In this document: positions 14,201 to 40,526 of the stretch, in pieces
How positions within the stretch are numbered: position 1 is the stretch's first letter
Layout: each line of letters opens with the position of its first letter
Assembly (NCBI RefSeq): GCF_009914755.1
Contig: NC_060943.1
Reading direction: 5' to 3' (one strand)
DNA from: the human T2T-CHM13v2.0 reference genome, Homo sapiens
DNA: 64,000 nucleotides
The notes under the pieces: model-generated
The model's input: the letters and a program-made list of their open reading frames with translations, nothing else
What the model was told of the DNA's origin: nothing
Databases searched by the model: none
Translations under genes and position numbers: made by a program

Positions 14201-15263
14201 CCCAGGAGGGGCGCGGCTTCGGACTTAGTTTCTGCCCAATGAGAGAGGGCCTCCCCGTGACTGTGCTGCCAGGTTAGCCACTTGACCCTGGTGCCGCCAA
14301 CGAGGGATTCAGCCCGAGCCCCACCTCTCCCTTAGGGACCTCTGCCCACTCTACCCTCAAGCCAGGATGCCCGGAGCGGTCCCCGGAAATGCGTGTGCTT
14401 CGGGTGATTTAACTGATTATTGAATAGGCCCGCAGGAGGTGTGTCCTGCCCCCGAGGCCGCAGCCTCGGAGGACATTATCTGGACTTAGTCCCTTCCCCG
14501 CGATGCCATCAAGCTGGACAATTTTAAGGTCTGTTTCTTTCCCAATGTAGGGTATAGGATGGCACAGGGAAGAGGGCTAGAAACCTGACTTGAGCTCCCC
14601 GCCCAGGGCTGAACTCTCCAGCATCCTGATCACTTCTCATTGAACCTTGCTTATACTCCCCGTGTGATCGGTAGCTCTTTATCTCAAAACAGAATATTCT
14701 AAGCCAACCCCTGCCTGCTCTCACCAAGTAAGATTTCTCATTTGAACCCCAGCTCCCAGATACTTAAAGGCCTTCTGTAGACCATGTCCTCAAGGTCCCC
14801 TGGCCATCTGCTTGCATGTTCCAGTTTCTCTCCTCCCCCATGCACATCGTGAAATGTGCCCTCCCACTCCCCAGGATGAGCAAGGTGGTGTCCTCTGTGA
14901 CTGAGCAGTCAGCAACTTAACACCAAAGGTCACCAATGATCAAATCCATGAGAGTTGATCCGAGGAGTTATGTATTAGGGCTACGAAAGAGTAAACACTC
15001 AGTAAATAATGGCTATTATTATTATCATCATCATCATGATTACCCTCAAGTTCCCCCGGGAGAGTTCCTATTCAACCTTCAAAACCCCACATTGTTGCAC
15101 CCATCCTACAGAGATTGAGCTCAAATTCAGACAGTTGAGATTTTGCGATGATTTGATGAGTTCCCCAACTGGGGTCCGTCCGTAGAGCAGCTGGGCCAAC
15201 CCTGAGGTCTCTCAGCATCCAGCTCTGTTCTTTTTCTGCCTGACCAGTTCCTGGGTATAAGTC

Positions 15264-15897
15264 TCAGGCCCGGCCAGTCCGGCTGAGGAGTGTGCAGACA
15301 CAGGCAGTGCCAATTTGAATCCATCGCCAGTCCACACGGCCCTGGGCATCAGTGGTCAATGCCCGCCCATAGGACTGCTTGGCCTTGCACTCAGACACCC
15401 AGTGCCCCCCGGTCCACACCCCGGCGGCAGGTCCTCCACCTACCCCCGGGCCACCTTCCTTAGATTTATCGGCCTCGAAGCGGGTAACAAAGAAGTGCTG
15501 GCGGAGGGAACTGCTGCCAGCTGCAGGCACCTCACCCAACACCTCCACCTCGAGCACACCCAAGTCCACAGCAGTCCAGGGGTCTGTCACCCAGACAGTG
15601 ACTGCATCGCACACGGCCAGCTCACCCTGATGACTCACCGGTGAAGTATCGCTCACCCCACGCTGGCTGCGGTTGGCCCGGGCGCCTGCTGACTCCCGAA
15701 AGGCTCCAGTCTCCAGCAGGAAGACCAGAGGGGGCCCGGCAGCGGCACCCCTAGACAGGACCACTCGGGGGAAAAGAAGGTCCCACTCTGGAGGAGGAAA
15801 ACGCGACAATGTCGAGGATGGGGTTAGGACTCCAATGACACACTGGGGAGGAGGAAAATGAGGGGGATGCGGAGGGAGCCTGGGGGAGCAGGAGCAT
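15264..15897 (-). pseudogene. NTF6B: NTF4-derived unprocessed pseudogene (neurotrophin-6 beta)
   Basis: Native ATG (15897) out of frame, acceptor cag changed to cat, pro/mature frame open to the native stop at 15264, two cysteines lost. Confidence 0.8.
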
Positions 15898-16117
15898 CTC
15901 TCAGAGCATCTCTCAGAGCACATGGAGACAGGGAAAAGGAGGCTGGGATTAGGGAAGAAGATAAACACTTCAGTGGGGTCAGAAGTTGGGAACCCCAGGG
16001 GAGGCCTGCCTGCCAGGATTATGGGGAAGCCCTTGCTCTAGAAGTTTGGGGGACTCCATATAAAGGACTTGCATCACACCCAACTTGTAGATTAATAATA
16101 AATATTCAACAACTACA

Positions 16118-18663
<2,546 letters not shown>

Positions 18664-18882
18664 GTAGTTGTTGAATATTTACTATTAATCTACAAGTTGG
18701 GTGTTATGCAAGTCCTATATATGGAGTCCCCCAAACTTCTAGAGCAAGGGCTTTCCCATAATCCTGGCAGGCAGGCCTCCCCTGGGGTTCCCAACTTCTG
18801 ACCCCACTGAAGTGTTTATCCTCTTCTCTAATCCCAGCCTCCTTTTCCCTGTCTCCATGTGCTCTGAGAGGTGCTCTGAGAG

Positions 18883-19516
18883 ATGCTCCCGCTCCCCCAG
18901 ACTCCCTCTACATCCCCCTCATTTTCTTCCTCTCCAGTGTGTCAATGGGGTCCTAACCCCACCCTCGACATTGTCGCCTTTTCCTGATCCAAAGTGGGAC
19001 CTTCTTTTCCCCTGAGTGGTCCTGCCTAGGGGTGCCGCTGCCGGGCCCCCTCTGGTCTTCCTGCTGGAGACTGGGGCCTTTCGGGAGTCAGCAGGCGCCC
19101 GGGCCAACCGCAGCCAGCGAGGGGTGAGCAATACTTCACTGGCGAGTCATCAGGGTGAGGCTGGCCGTGTGTGATGCAGTCACTGGCTGGGTGACAGACC
19201 CCCGGACCGCTGTGGACTCAGGTGTGCTGGAGGTGGAGGTGTTGGGCGAGGTGCCTGCAGCTGGCGGCAGTTCCCTCTGCCAACACTTCTTTGTCACCTG
19301 CTTCGAGGCCAATAACTCTGAAGAAGGTGGCCCAGGGGTAGGTGGAGGGGCTACCGCAGGGTGTGGACCGGGGGGCACTGGGTGTCTGAGTGCAAGGCCC
19401 AGCAGTCCTATGTGCGGGCATTGACCGCTGATGCCCAGGGCTGTGTGGACTGGTGATGGATTCAAATTGGCACTGCCTGTGTCTGCACACTCCTCAGCCG
19501 GACTGGCCGGGCCTGA
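18883..19516 (+). pseudogene. NTF4-derived unprocessed pseudogene (fourth copy, heavily disrupted)
   Basis: ATG homolog at 18883, in-frame TGA at 19013-19015, an extra G in ggtgaggctgg, further frameshifts, native stop at 19514-19516. Confidence 0.85.
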
Positions 19517-20271
19517 GACTTATACCCAGGAACTGGTCAGGCAGAAAAAGAACAGAGCTGGATGCTGAGAGACCTCAGGGTTGGCCCAGCTGCTCTACGG
19601 ACCCCAGTTTGGGAACTCATCAAATCATCACAAAATCACAACTCTCTGAATTTGAGCTCAATCTCTGCAGGATGGGTGCCACCACATGGGGTTTTGAAGG
19701 TTGAATAGGAGTTCTCCTGGGGGAACTTGAGGATAATCATGATGATGATGATAATAATAATAGGCACTATTTACTGAGTGTTTACTCTTTCTTAGCCCTA
19801 ATACATAACTCCTCGGATCAACTCTCATGGATTTGATCATTGGTGACCTTTGGTGTTAAGTTGCTGACTGCTCAGTCACAGAGGACACCACCTTCCTCAT
19901 CCTGGGGAGTGGGAGGGCACATTTCACGATGTGCATGGGGGAGGAGAGAAACTGGAACATGCAAGCAGATGGCCAGGGGACCTTGAGAACATGGTCTACA
20001 GAAGGCCTTTCAGTATCTGGGAGCTGGGGTTCAAATGAGAAATCTTACTTGGTGAGAGTGGGCAGGGGTCGGCTTAGAATATTTTGTTTTGAGATAATGA
20101 GCTACCGATCACAGGGGGAGTTTAAGCAAGGTTCAATGAGAAGCGATCAAGATGCTGCACAGTTCAGCCCTGGGTGGGGAGCTCAAGTCAGGTTTCTAGC
20201 CCTCTTCCCTGTGCCAACCTATACCCTACATTGGGAAAGAAACAGACCTTAAAATTGTCCAGCTTGATGGC

Positions 20272-20994
20272 ATCGCGGGGAAGGGACTAAGTCCAGATAA
20301 TGTCCTCTGAGGCTTCGGCCCCGTGGGCAGGACACACCTCCTGCGGGCCTATTCAATAATCAGTTAAATCACCTGAAGCACACGCATTTCCGGGGACCGC
20401 TCCGGGCATCCTGGCTTGAGGGTAGAGTGGGCGGAGGTTCCTAAGGGAGAGGTGGGGCTCGGGCTGAATCCCTCGTTGGGGGGCATCTGGGTCAAGTGGC
20501 TTCCCTGGCAGCACAGTCACGGGGAGGCCCTCTCTCATTGGGCAGAAGCTAAGTCCGAAGCCGCGCCCCTCCTGGGAGGTTGGACTGTGGTGCAGGAAAG
20601 CCTCAAGTAGAGGAGGGTTGAGGCTTCAATCCAGCACTTTGCTCGGGTCACGGCCTCCTCCTGGCTCCCAGGACCCCACCATAGGCAGAGGCAGGCCTTC
20701 CTACACCCTACTCCCTGTGCCTCCAGGCTCGACTAGTCCCTAGCACTCGACGACTGAGTCTCTGAGATCACTTCACCGTGGTCTCCGCCTCACCCTTGGC
20801 GCTGGACCAGTGAGAGGAGAGGGCTGGGGCGCTCCGCTGAGCCACTCCTGCGCCCCCCTGGCCTTGTCTACCTCTTGCCCCCCGAAGGGTTAGTGTCGAG
20901 CTCACCCCAGCATCCTACAACCTCCTGGTGGCCTTGCCGCCCCCACAACCCCGAGGTATAAAGCCAGGTACACGAGGCAGGGGACGCACCAAGG
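20272..20994 (+). promoter_or_regulatory. CGB5 promoter and long 5' UTR with relic LHB promoter elements
   Basis: TGGCCTTG at 20859-20866 and 20929-20936, CGCCCCCAC at 20938-20946, TATAAA at 20957-20962. Confidence 0.75.
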
Positions 20995-22079
20995 ATGGAG
21001 ATGTTCCAGGTAAGACTGCAGGGCCCCTGGGCACCTTCCACCTCCTTCCAGGCAATCACTGGCATGAGAAGGGGCAGACCAGTGTGAGCTGTGGAAGGAG
21101 GCCTCTTTCTGGAGGAGCGTGACCCCCAGTAAGCTTCAGGTGGGGCAGTTCCTAAGGGTGGGGATCTGAAATTTTGGGGCATCTCAGGTCCTCTGGGCTG
21201 TGGGGTGGGCTCTGAAAGGCAGGTGTCCGGGTGGTGGGTCCTGAATAGGAGATGCCGGGAAGGGTCTCTGGGTCTTTGTGGGTGGTGTACCACGCGGGAT
21301 GGGAAGGCCAGGACTCGGGGCTGCGGTCTCAGACCCGGGTGAAGCAGTGTCCTTGTCCCAGGGGCTGCTGCTGTTGCTGCTGCTGAGCATGGGCGGGACA
21401 TGGGCATCCAAGGAGCCGCTTCGGCCACGGTGCCGCCCCATCAATGCCACCCTGGCTGTGGAGAAGGAGGGCTGCCCCGTGTGCATCACCGTCAACACCA
21501 CCATCTGTGCCGGCTACTGCCCCACCATGGTGAGCTGCCCGGGGCCCGGGCAGGTGCTGCCACCTCAGGGCCAGACCCACAGAGGCAGCGGGGGAGGAAG
21601 GGTGGTCTGCCTCTCTGGTCAGGGGCTGCGGAATGGGGTGTGGGAGGGCAGGAACAGAGGGCTTCCCGGACCCCTGAGTCTGAGACCTGTGGGGGCAACT
21701 GGGGAGCTCAGCTGAGGCGCTGGCCCCAGGCACATGCTCATTCCCCCACTCACACGGCTTCCAGACCCGCGTGCTGCAGGGGGTCCTGCCGGCCCTGCCT
21801 CAGGTGGTGTGCAACTACCGCGATGTGCGCTTCGAGTCCATCCGGCTCCCTGGCTGCCCGCGCGGCGTGAACCCCGTGGTCTCCTACGCCGTGGCTCTCA
21901 GCTGTCAATGTGCACTCTGCCGCCGCAGCACCACTGACTGCGGGGGTCCCAAGGACCACCCCTTGACCTGTGATGACCCCCGCTTCCAGGACTCCTCTTC
22001 CTCAAAGGCCCCTCCCCCCAGCCTTCCAAGTCCATCCCGACTCCCGGGGCCCTCGGACACCCCGATCCTCCCACAATAA
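20995..22079 (+). CDS. CGB5: Chorionic gonadotropin beta subunit (165 aa, Asp117 type)
   Basis: Exons 20995-21009, 21362-21529 and 21765-22079; canonical GT-AG introns; CTP ends PILPQ with TAA inside AATAAA. Confidence 0.92.
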
Positions 22080-22213
22080 AGGCTTCTCAATCCGCACTCT
22101 GGAGGTGTCTTTCTGTGGGCTCAGGGCAATCACACACACACAGGATGGGTCCAGCTTCCAAACCATTTTATACAGAGTCACAGTACAGAACTCTGGTAGA
22201 AAACAGGGTGGAC

Positions 22214-24306
<2,093 letters not shown>

Positions 24307-24441
24307 CGTCCACCCTGTTTTCTACCAGAGTTCTGTACTGTGACTCTGTATAAAATGGTTTGGAAGCTGGACCCATCCTGTGTGTGTGTGGTTGCCCTGA
24401 GCCCACAGAAAGACACCTCCAGAGTGCGGATTGAGAAGCCT

Positions 24442-25526
24442 TTATTGTGGGAGGATCGGGGTGTCCGAGGGCCCCGGGAGTCGGGATGGACTTGGAAGGC
24501 TGGGGGGAGGGGCCTTTGAGGAAGAGGAGTCCTGGAAGCGGGGGTCATCACAGGTCAAGGGGTGGTCCTTGGGACCCCCGCAGTCAGTGGTGCTGCGGCG
24601 GCAGAGTGCACATTGACAGCTGAGAGCCACGGCGTAGGAGACCACGGGGTTCACGCCGCGCGGGCAGCCAGGGAGCCGGATGGACTCGAAGCGCACATCG
24701 CGGTAGTTGCACACCACCTGAGGCAGGGCCGGCAGGACCCCCTGCAGCACGCGGGTCTGGAAGCCGTGTGAGTGGGAGAATGAGCATGTGCCTGGGGCCA
24801 GCGCCTCAGCTGAGCTCCCCAGCTGCCCCCACAGGTCTCAGACTCAGGGGTCCGGGAAGCCCTCTGTTCCTGCCCTCCCACACCCCATTCCGCAGCCCCT
24901 GACCAGAGAGGCAGACCACCCTTCCTCCCCCGCTGCCTCTGTGGGTCTGGCCCTGAGGTGGCAGCACCTGCCCCGGCCCCGGGCAGCTCACCATGGTGGG
25001 GCAGTAGCCGGCACAGATGGTGGTGTTGACGGTGATGCACACGGGGCAGCCCTCCTTCTCCACAGCCAGGGTGGCATTGATGGGGCGGCACCGTGGCCGA
25101 AGCGGCTCCTTGGATGCCCATGTCCCGCCCATGCTCAGCAGCAGCAACAGCAGCAGCCCCTGGGACAAGGACACTGCTTCACCCGGGTCTGAGACCGCAG
25201 CCCCGAGTCCTGGCCTTCCCATCCCACGTGGTACACCACCCACAAAGACCCAGAGACCCTTCCCGGCATCTCCTATTCAGGACCCACCACCCGGACACCT
25301 GCCTTTCAGAGCCCACCCCACAGCCCAGAGGACCTGAGATACCCCAACATTTCAGATGCCCACCTTCAGGAAATGCCCCACCTGAAGCTTACTGGGGGTC
25401 ACGCTCCTCCAGAAAGAGGCCTCCTTCCACAGCTCACACTGGTCTGCCCCTTCTCATGCCAGTGATTGCCTGGAAGGAGGTGGAAGGTGCCCAGGGGCCC
25501 TGCAGTCTTACCTGGAACATCTCCAT
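24442..25526 (-). CDS. CGB8: Chorionic gonadotropin beta subunit (165 aa, Asp117 type)
   Basis: Exons 25526-25512, 25159-24992 and 24756-24442; canonical splice sites. Confidence 0.92.
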
Positions 25527-27003
25527 CCTTGGTGTGTCCCCTGCCTCGTGTACCTGGCTTTAAACCTCGGGGTTGTGGGGGCGGCAAGGCCACCAGGAGG
25601 TTGTAGGATGCTGGAGTGAGCTCGACACTAACCCTTCGGGGGGCAAGAGGTAGACAAGGCCAGGGGGGCGCAGGAGTGGCTCAGCGGAGCGCCCCAGCCC
25701 TCTCCTCTCACTGGTCCAGCGCCAAGGGTGAGGCGGAGACCACGGTGAAGTGACCTCAGAGACTCAGTCGTCGAGTGCTAGGGACTAGTCAAGCCTGGAG
25801 GCACAGGGAGTAGGGTGTAGGAAGGCCTGCCTCTGCCTATGGTGGGGTCCTGGGAGCCAGGAGGAGGCCGTGACCCGAGAAAGGTGCTGGACTGAAGCCT
25901 CAACCCTCCTCTACTTGAGGCTTTCCTGCACCACAGTCCAACCTCCCAGGAGGGGCGCGGCTTCGGACTTAGCTTCTGCCCAATGAGAGAGGGTCTCCCC
26001 GTGACTGTGCTGCCAGGGAAGCCACTTGACCCTGGTGCCCCCAAGGAGGGATTCAGCCCGAGCCCCACCTCTCCCTTAGGGACATCCGCCCACTCTACCC
26101 TCAAGCCAGGATGCCCGGAGCTGTCCCCGGAAATGCGTGTGCTTCAGGTGATTTAACTGATTATTGAATAGGCCCGCAGGAGGTATGTCCTGCCCACGGG
26201 GCCGAAGCCTCGGAGGACATTATCTGGACTTAGTCCCTTCCCCGCGATGCCATCAAGCTGGACAATTTTAAGGTCTGTTTCTTTCCCAATGTAGGGTATA
26301 GGTTGGCACAGCAAAGAGGGCTAGAAACCTGACTTGCGCTCCCCACCCAGGGCTGAACTGTGCAGCATCTTGATCGCTTCTCATTGAACCTTGCTTATAC
26401 TCCCCCTGTGATCGGTAGCTCATTATCTCAAAACAGAATATTCTAAGCCAACCCCTGCCTGCTCTCACCAAGTAAGATTTCTCATTTGAACCCCAGCTCC
26501 CAGATACTTAAAGGCCTTCTGTAGACCATGTCCTCAAGGTCCCCTGGCCATCTGCTTGCATGCTCCAGTTTCTCTCCACCCCCATCCACATCGTGAAATG
26601 TGCCCTCCCACTCCCCAGGATGAGCAAGGTGGTGTCCTCTGTGACTGAGCAGTCAGCAACTTAACACCAAAGGTCACCAATGATCAAATCCATGAGAGTT
26701 GATCTGAGGAGTTATGTATTAGGGCTACGAAAGAGTAAACACTCAGTAAATAGTGGCTATTATTATCATCATCATCATCATGATTACTCTCAATTTCCCC
26801 CTGGAGAACTCCTATTCAACCTTCAAAACCCCACGTGGTGGCACCCATCCTGCAGAGACTGAGCTCAAATTCAGAGAGTTGTGATTTTGTGATGATTTGA
26901 TGAGTTCCCAAACTGGGGTCCGTAGAGCAGCTGGGCCAACCCTGAGGTCTCTCAGCATCCAGCTCTGTTCTTTTTCTGCCTGACCAGTTCCTGGGTATAA
27001 GTC

Positions 27004-27638
<635 letters not shown>

Positions 27639-27856
27639 CTCTCAGAGCACCTCTCAGCACACGGAGACAGGGAAAAGGAGGCTGGGATTAGAGAAGAGGA
27701 TAAACACTTCAGTGGGGTCAGAAGTTGGAAACCCCAGGGGAGGCCTGCCTGCCAGGATTATGGGGAAGCCCTTGCTCTAGAAGTTTGGGGGACTCCATAT
27801 AAAGGACTTGCATCACACCCAACTTGTAGATTAATAATAAATATTCAACAACTACA

Positions 27857-30412
<2,556 letters not shown>

Positions 30413-30504
30413 CGATTCAAGTCCCCAAGCCGCTCCCCCCCCACACCTGCACTGCCAGTGCCAACGTCAGAGGGAGGAAGAGGGAGCTCGGCTTAGGAGG
30501 CTGA

Positions 30505-30846
<342 letters not shown>

Positions 30847-31075
30847 TAGCCAGGATGGTCTCGATCTCCTGACCTCATGATCCACCTGCCTCGGCCTCCG
30901 AAAGTGGTGGGATTACAGGGGTGAGCCACCGCGCCCAGCCGTCCACCCTGTTTTCTACCAGAGTTCTGATACTGTGACTTTGTATAAAATGGTTTGGAAG
31001 CTGGACCCATCCTGTGTGTGTGTGGTTGCCCTGAGCCCACAGAAAGACACCGCCAGAGTGCGGATTGAGAAGCCT

Positions 31076-32160
31076 TTATTGTGGGAGGATCGGGGTGTCC
31101 GAGGGCCCCGGGAGTCGGGATGGACTTGGAAGGCTGGGGGGAGGGGCCTTTGAGGAAGAGGAGGCCTGGAAGCGGGGGTCATCACAGGTCAAGGGGTGGT
31201 CCTTGGGACCCCCGCAGTCAGTGGTGCTGCGGCGGCAGAGTGCACATTGACAGCTGAGAGCCACGGCGTAGGAGACCACGGGGTTCACGCCGCGCGGGCA
31301 GCCAGGGAGCCGGATGGACTCGAAGCGCACATCGCGGTAGTTGCACACCACCTGAGGCAGGGCCGGCAGGACCCCCTGCAGCACGCGGGTCTGGAAGCCG
31401 TGTGAGTGGGGGAATGAGCATGTGCCTGGGGCCAGCGCCTCAGCTGAGCTCCCCAGCTGCCCCCACAGGTCTCAGACTCAGGGGTCCAGGAAGCCCTCTG
31501 TTCCTGCCCTCCCACACCCCATTCCGCAGCCCCTGACCAGAGAGGCAGACCACCCTTCCTCCCCCGCTGCCTCTGTGGGTCTGGCCCTGAGGTGGCAGCA
31601 CCTGCCCCGGCCCCGGGCAGCTCACCATGGTGGGGCAGTAGCCGGCACAGATGGTGGTGTTGACGGTGATGCACACGGGGCAGCCCTCCTTCTCCACAGC
31701 CAGGGTGGCATTGATGGGGCGGCACCGTGGCCGAAGCGGCTCCTTGGATGCCCATGTCCCGCCCATGCTCAGCAGCAGCAACAGCAGCAGCCCCTGGGAC
31801 AAGGACACTGCTTCACCCGGGCCTGAGACCACAGCCCTGAGCCCTGGCCTTCCCATCCCCCAGGGTACACCACCCACAAAGACCCAGAGACCCTTCCCGG
31901 CATCTCCTATTCAGGACCCACCACCCGGACACCTGCCTTTCAGAGCCCACCCCACAGCCCGAGGGACCTGAGATACCCCAACATTTCAGATCCCCACCCT
32001 CAGGAACTGCCCCACGTGAAGCTTACTGGGGGTCACACTCCTCCAGAAAGAGGCGTCCTTCCACAGCTCACACTGGTCTGCCCCTTCTCATGCCAGTGAT
32101 TGCCTGGAAGGAGGTGGAAGGTGCCCAGGGGCCCTGCAGTCTTACCTGGAACATCTCCAT
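31076..32160 (-). CDS. CGB7: Chorionic gonadotropin beta 7 (type I, Ala117); this allele has Lys2/Pro4
   Basis: Exons 32160-32146, 31793-31626 and 31390-31076; RFQASSSS; last CGB before NTF4. Confidence 0.9.
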
Positions 32161-32960
32161 CCTTGGTGCGTCCCCTGCCTGGTGTACCTGGCTTCATACC
32201 TCGGGGTTGTGGGGGCGGCAAGGCCACCAGGAGGTTGTAGGATGCTGGAGTGAGCTCGACACTAACCCTTCGGGGGGCGAGAAGTAGACAAGGCCAGGGA
32301 GGCACAGGAGTGGCTCAGCGGAGCACCCCAGTCCTCTCCCCTCAGTGGTCTAGCGCCAAGGATGAGGCGGAGACCACGGTGAAGTGACCTCTGAGACTCA
32401 GTCGTCGAGTGTTAGGGACTAGTCGAGGCTGGAGGCACAGAGAGTAGGGTGTAGGAAGGCCTGCCTCTGCCTATGGTGGGGTCTTGGGAACCAGGAGGAG
32501 GCCGTGACCCGAGAAAAGTGCTGGACTGAAGCCTCAACTCTCCTCTACTTGAGCCATTCCTGCACCACAGTCCAACCTAACAGGAGGGGCGCGGCTTCGG
32601 ACTTAGCTTCTGCCCAGTGAGAGAGGGTCTCCCCGTGACTGTGCTGCCAGGGAAGCCACTTGACCCAGATGCCCCCCAACGAGGGATTCAGCCCGAGCCC
32701 CACCTCTCCCTTAGGAACCTCCGCCCACCCTACCCTCAAGCCAGGATGCCCGGAGCGGTCCCCGGAAATGCGTGTGCTTCAGGTGATTTAACTGATTATT
32801 GAATAGGCCCGCAGGAGGTGTGTCCTGCCCGCGGGGCCGCAGCCTCGGAGGACATTATCTGGACTTAGTCCCTTCCCCGCGATCCAGCCGCAGCTGAGTG
32901 GGCGTGTCTGGGCTAGTCCTGTCCCCACACTGCGGATAGACTTAATGAGTGCGAGCCCAC

Positions 32961-35746
<2,786 letters not shown>

Positions 35747-36551
35747 TCAGAAAGAGGCGGACAGAAGGGGATGGAGAAGTTCAGGATTTCAGAGACCCAG
35801 GGGGTGGGGGAGACAGAGACACAGAAAGAAGGACAGAGACCTGGGGGTGTCAGAGATACAGACAGAGACCCCTGCACTGCCCCCAGCACCTCAGGACATC
35901 CATGAGAAACACCCCCCTTTGCTCCAGGGTCCAGAACCTCCTGGCTGCTTCCTCCCTCTGCCAGGCCTGCCCACCTCGGGGTAACGATTTCCAGATGTCC
36001 CCGGGGCTCCCCAACCCTTCCCGCACGTGCTGAAGGAGTCAGCGCTGGTGTCAGCTGTCCTGCCTGCCTTTGATTTGGTTGAAAACTTCCACCTGGGTAG
36101 GCTGGGTGGGGAAAGAGAAAGGGATCTAGAGAGAAGTGCACCGGACCATAGCGAAAAAGATGGGCTTTGATGAGTGAGGAATAAATACAACAAGAAAGGG
36201 GAGAGACAGGGAGGAAGAAAGAGACCACGATGGAAAGGGAGCTATTAGTACTACCCAGAGGCGAGAGACACTGGAAGTTAGAGACAGAGATGAAGGTGGC
36301 AAAAACGACCAAAGTCACAGATGGAAAACAAGGAGACGTAGAAACTGAGGCAGCCACGCCCCACCCTGCCCAGGGGCCTGGTCTGTATAGATGCGGGGAG
36401 AAGTTGCCTATGTCCTTTGCTCAAAGCTGGACCTGAGAGAGAGAGAGAGAGTTGGTGGGGCGATGGGTAACATGTGAAGGGCTATTGTGAAGGCCTGTGG
36501 TCTGTCCCTGGCTTCCCTTGTCACTTCTTCACTATAAACAGCTTTTGATCA

Positions 36552-36819
36552 CCGGGCGCAGTGGCTCATGCCCGTAATCCCAGCACTTTGGGAGGCCGAG
36601 GCATGCGGATCACTTGAGGTCAGGAGTTTGAGACCAGCCCGGCCAACATGGCGAAACCCTGTCTCTACCAAAAAATACAAAAAGTAGCCGGGCGTGGTGG
36701 CGCACACCTGTAATCCCAACTAAGGCAGAAGAATCACTTCAACCCGGGAGGTGAAGGCTGCAGTGAGCTCAGATCACACCACTGCACTCCAGCCTGGGTG
36801 ACAGAGCGAGACTCCATCT

Positions 36820-36861
<42 letters not shown>

Positions 36862-37424
36862 TTTGGTCAAGGCCTCTGACTGCTCAACCCCCATTATCTC
36901 ATCCTACCAGCCCATTCTGCAGACAAGGAAAACTGAGGCTACTTTCTGCAGCCATGCCCAGGATCCCACTTACCCCTCCTCCCCCATTCAGGCTTCTGGG
37001 GCCTTTCTGTTGGATTTTGCTGGCCCTACTCAACAGCTCTCAATGGACAGTGACCCCCTGATCCTAGCCAGGGGGCCGATGAGTTAGTCAGAAACTCATG
37101 CCCCACTCAAGCTGGACAAAATTTTTTTCTTTTTTTTGAAATGGAGTTTCGCTCTTTTTGCCAAGGCTGGAGTGCAATGGTACAGTCTTGGCTTACTGCA
37201 ACCTCTGCCTCCTGAGTTCAAGCAATTCTCCTACCTCACCCTTCAGAGTAGCTTGGATTACAGGCATCCGCCACCACGACCAGCTAATTTCTTTATATAA
37301 TTTTAGTAGAGTCGGGTTTTCACCATGTTGGCCAGGCTAGTCTCGAACTCCTGACCTCAGGTGATTCACCCACCTCGGCCTCCCAAAGTGCTGGGATTAC
37401 AGGAATGAGCCATCGCACCTGGCC
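36552..37424. mobile_element. Two Alus: + strand ~36552-36858 and - strand ~37120-37424 (TSD ~TCAAGCTGGA(C)AAA)
   Basis: Alu consensus motifs; direct repeat at ~37107 and ~37426. Confidence 0.8.
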
Positions 37425-38153
37425 ATCAAGCTGGAAAATTTTAAGGTCTGTTTCTTTCCCAATGTAGAGTAAAGGTTGGGACAGGGAAGAGGGCTAGAAA
37501 CCTGACTTCAGCTCCCTGCCGAGGGCTGAACTCTCCAGCATCCTGATCACTTCTCATTCAACCTTGCTTGTACTCCTCTGTGATCGGTAGCTTATTACCT
37601 CAAAACAGAATATTCTAAGTCAACCTTTGCCCCCTCTTACCAAGTAAGATTTCCCATTTGAACCCCATCTCCCAGATACTTAAAGGCCTTCTGTGGGCCA
37701 CGTTCTCAAGGTCCCCTGGCCATCTGCTTGCCTGTTCTAGTTTCTCTCCTCCTCCACCCACATCGTGAAATGTCCCCTCCCACTCCCCAGCAAGGTGGTG
37801 TCCTCTGAGACTGAGTAGTCAGCAACTTAACACCAAGGGCCACCAATGATCAAATCCATGAGAGTTGATCTGAGGAGTTATGTATTAGGGATAAGAAACA
37901 GTAAACACTCAGTAAATAGTGGCTATTATTATTATATCATCATCATTATTACCCTCAAGTTGCTCCAGGAGAACTCCTATTCAACCTCCAAAACCCCATG
38001 TGGTTTCACCCATCCTGCAGAGATTGAGCTCAAAATCAGAGAATTGTGATTTTGTGATTATTTGATGAGTTCCCAAACTGGGGTCCTTAGATCAGCTGGG
38101 CCATCCCTGAGGTCTCTCAGCATCCAGCTCTGTTATTTTCCTGGGCATGGGTC

Positions 38154-38825
<672 letters not shown>

Positions 38826-38994
38826 TTAGAGAAGGGGGTAAAAACTTCAGTGGGGAAAGAAGTTGGGAACCCCAGGGGAGGCTTGCCTGCCAGGATTGTG
38901 GGGAAGCCCTTGTTCTAGAAGTTTGGGGGACCCTATATCTAGGGCTTGCGTAATGCGCAACTTGTAGATTAATAATAAATATTCAACTACTACA

Positions 38995-40309
<1,315 letters not shown>

Positions 40310-40526
40310 TAGGGAGACCCCAGTTCACCTCAAAACTGCCACTAAGGAGGTAAAACGCTGCCCCTCTGAGGCAGGCTTCAGTTTCCCTGTGTGTGAAATT
40401 GACCTGGCGCTGGGAGAGGCTGGTGGAGGCACGGATTTTGCAGTTTCCCTACAACATTCTGGAAGCCTGTGGTTCTGGGAAAGGGTGGCGTGGAGAAGAC
40501 TGGGAAACAGTCAGTAGTTACCAGAC

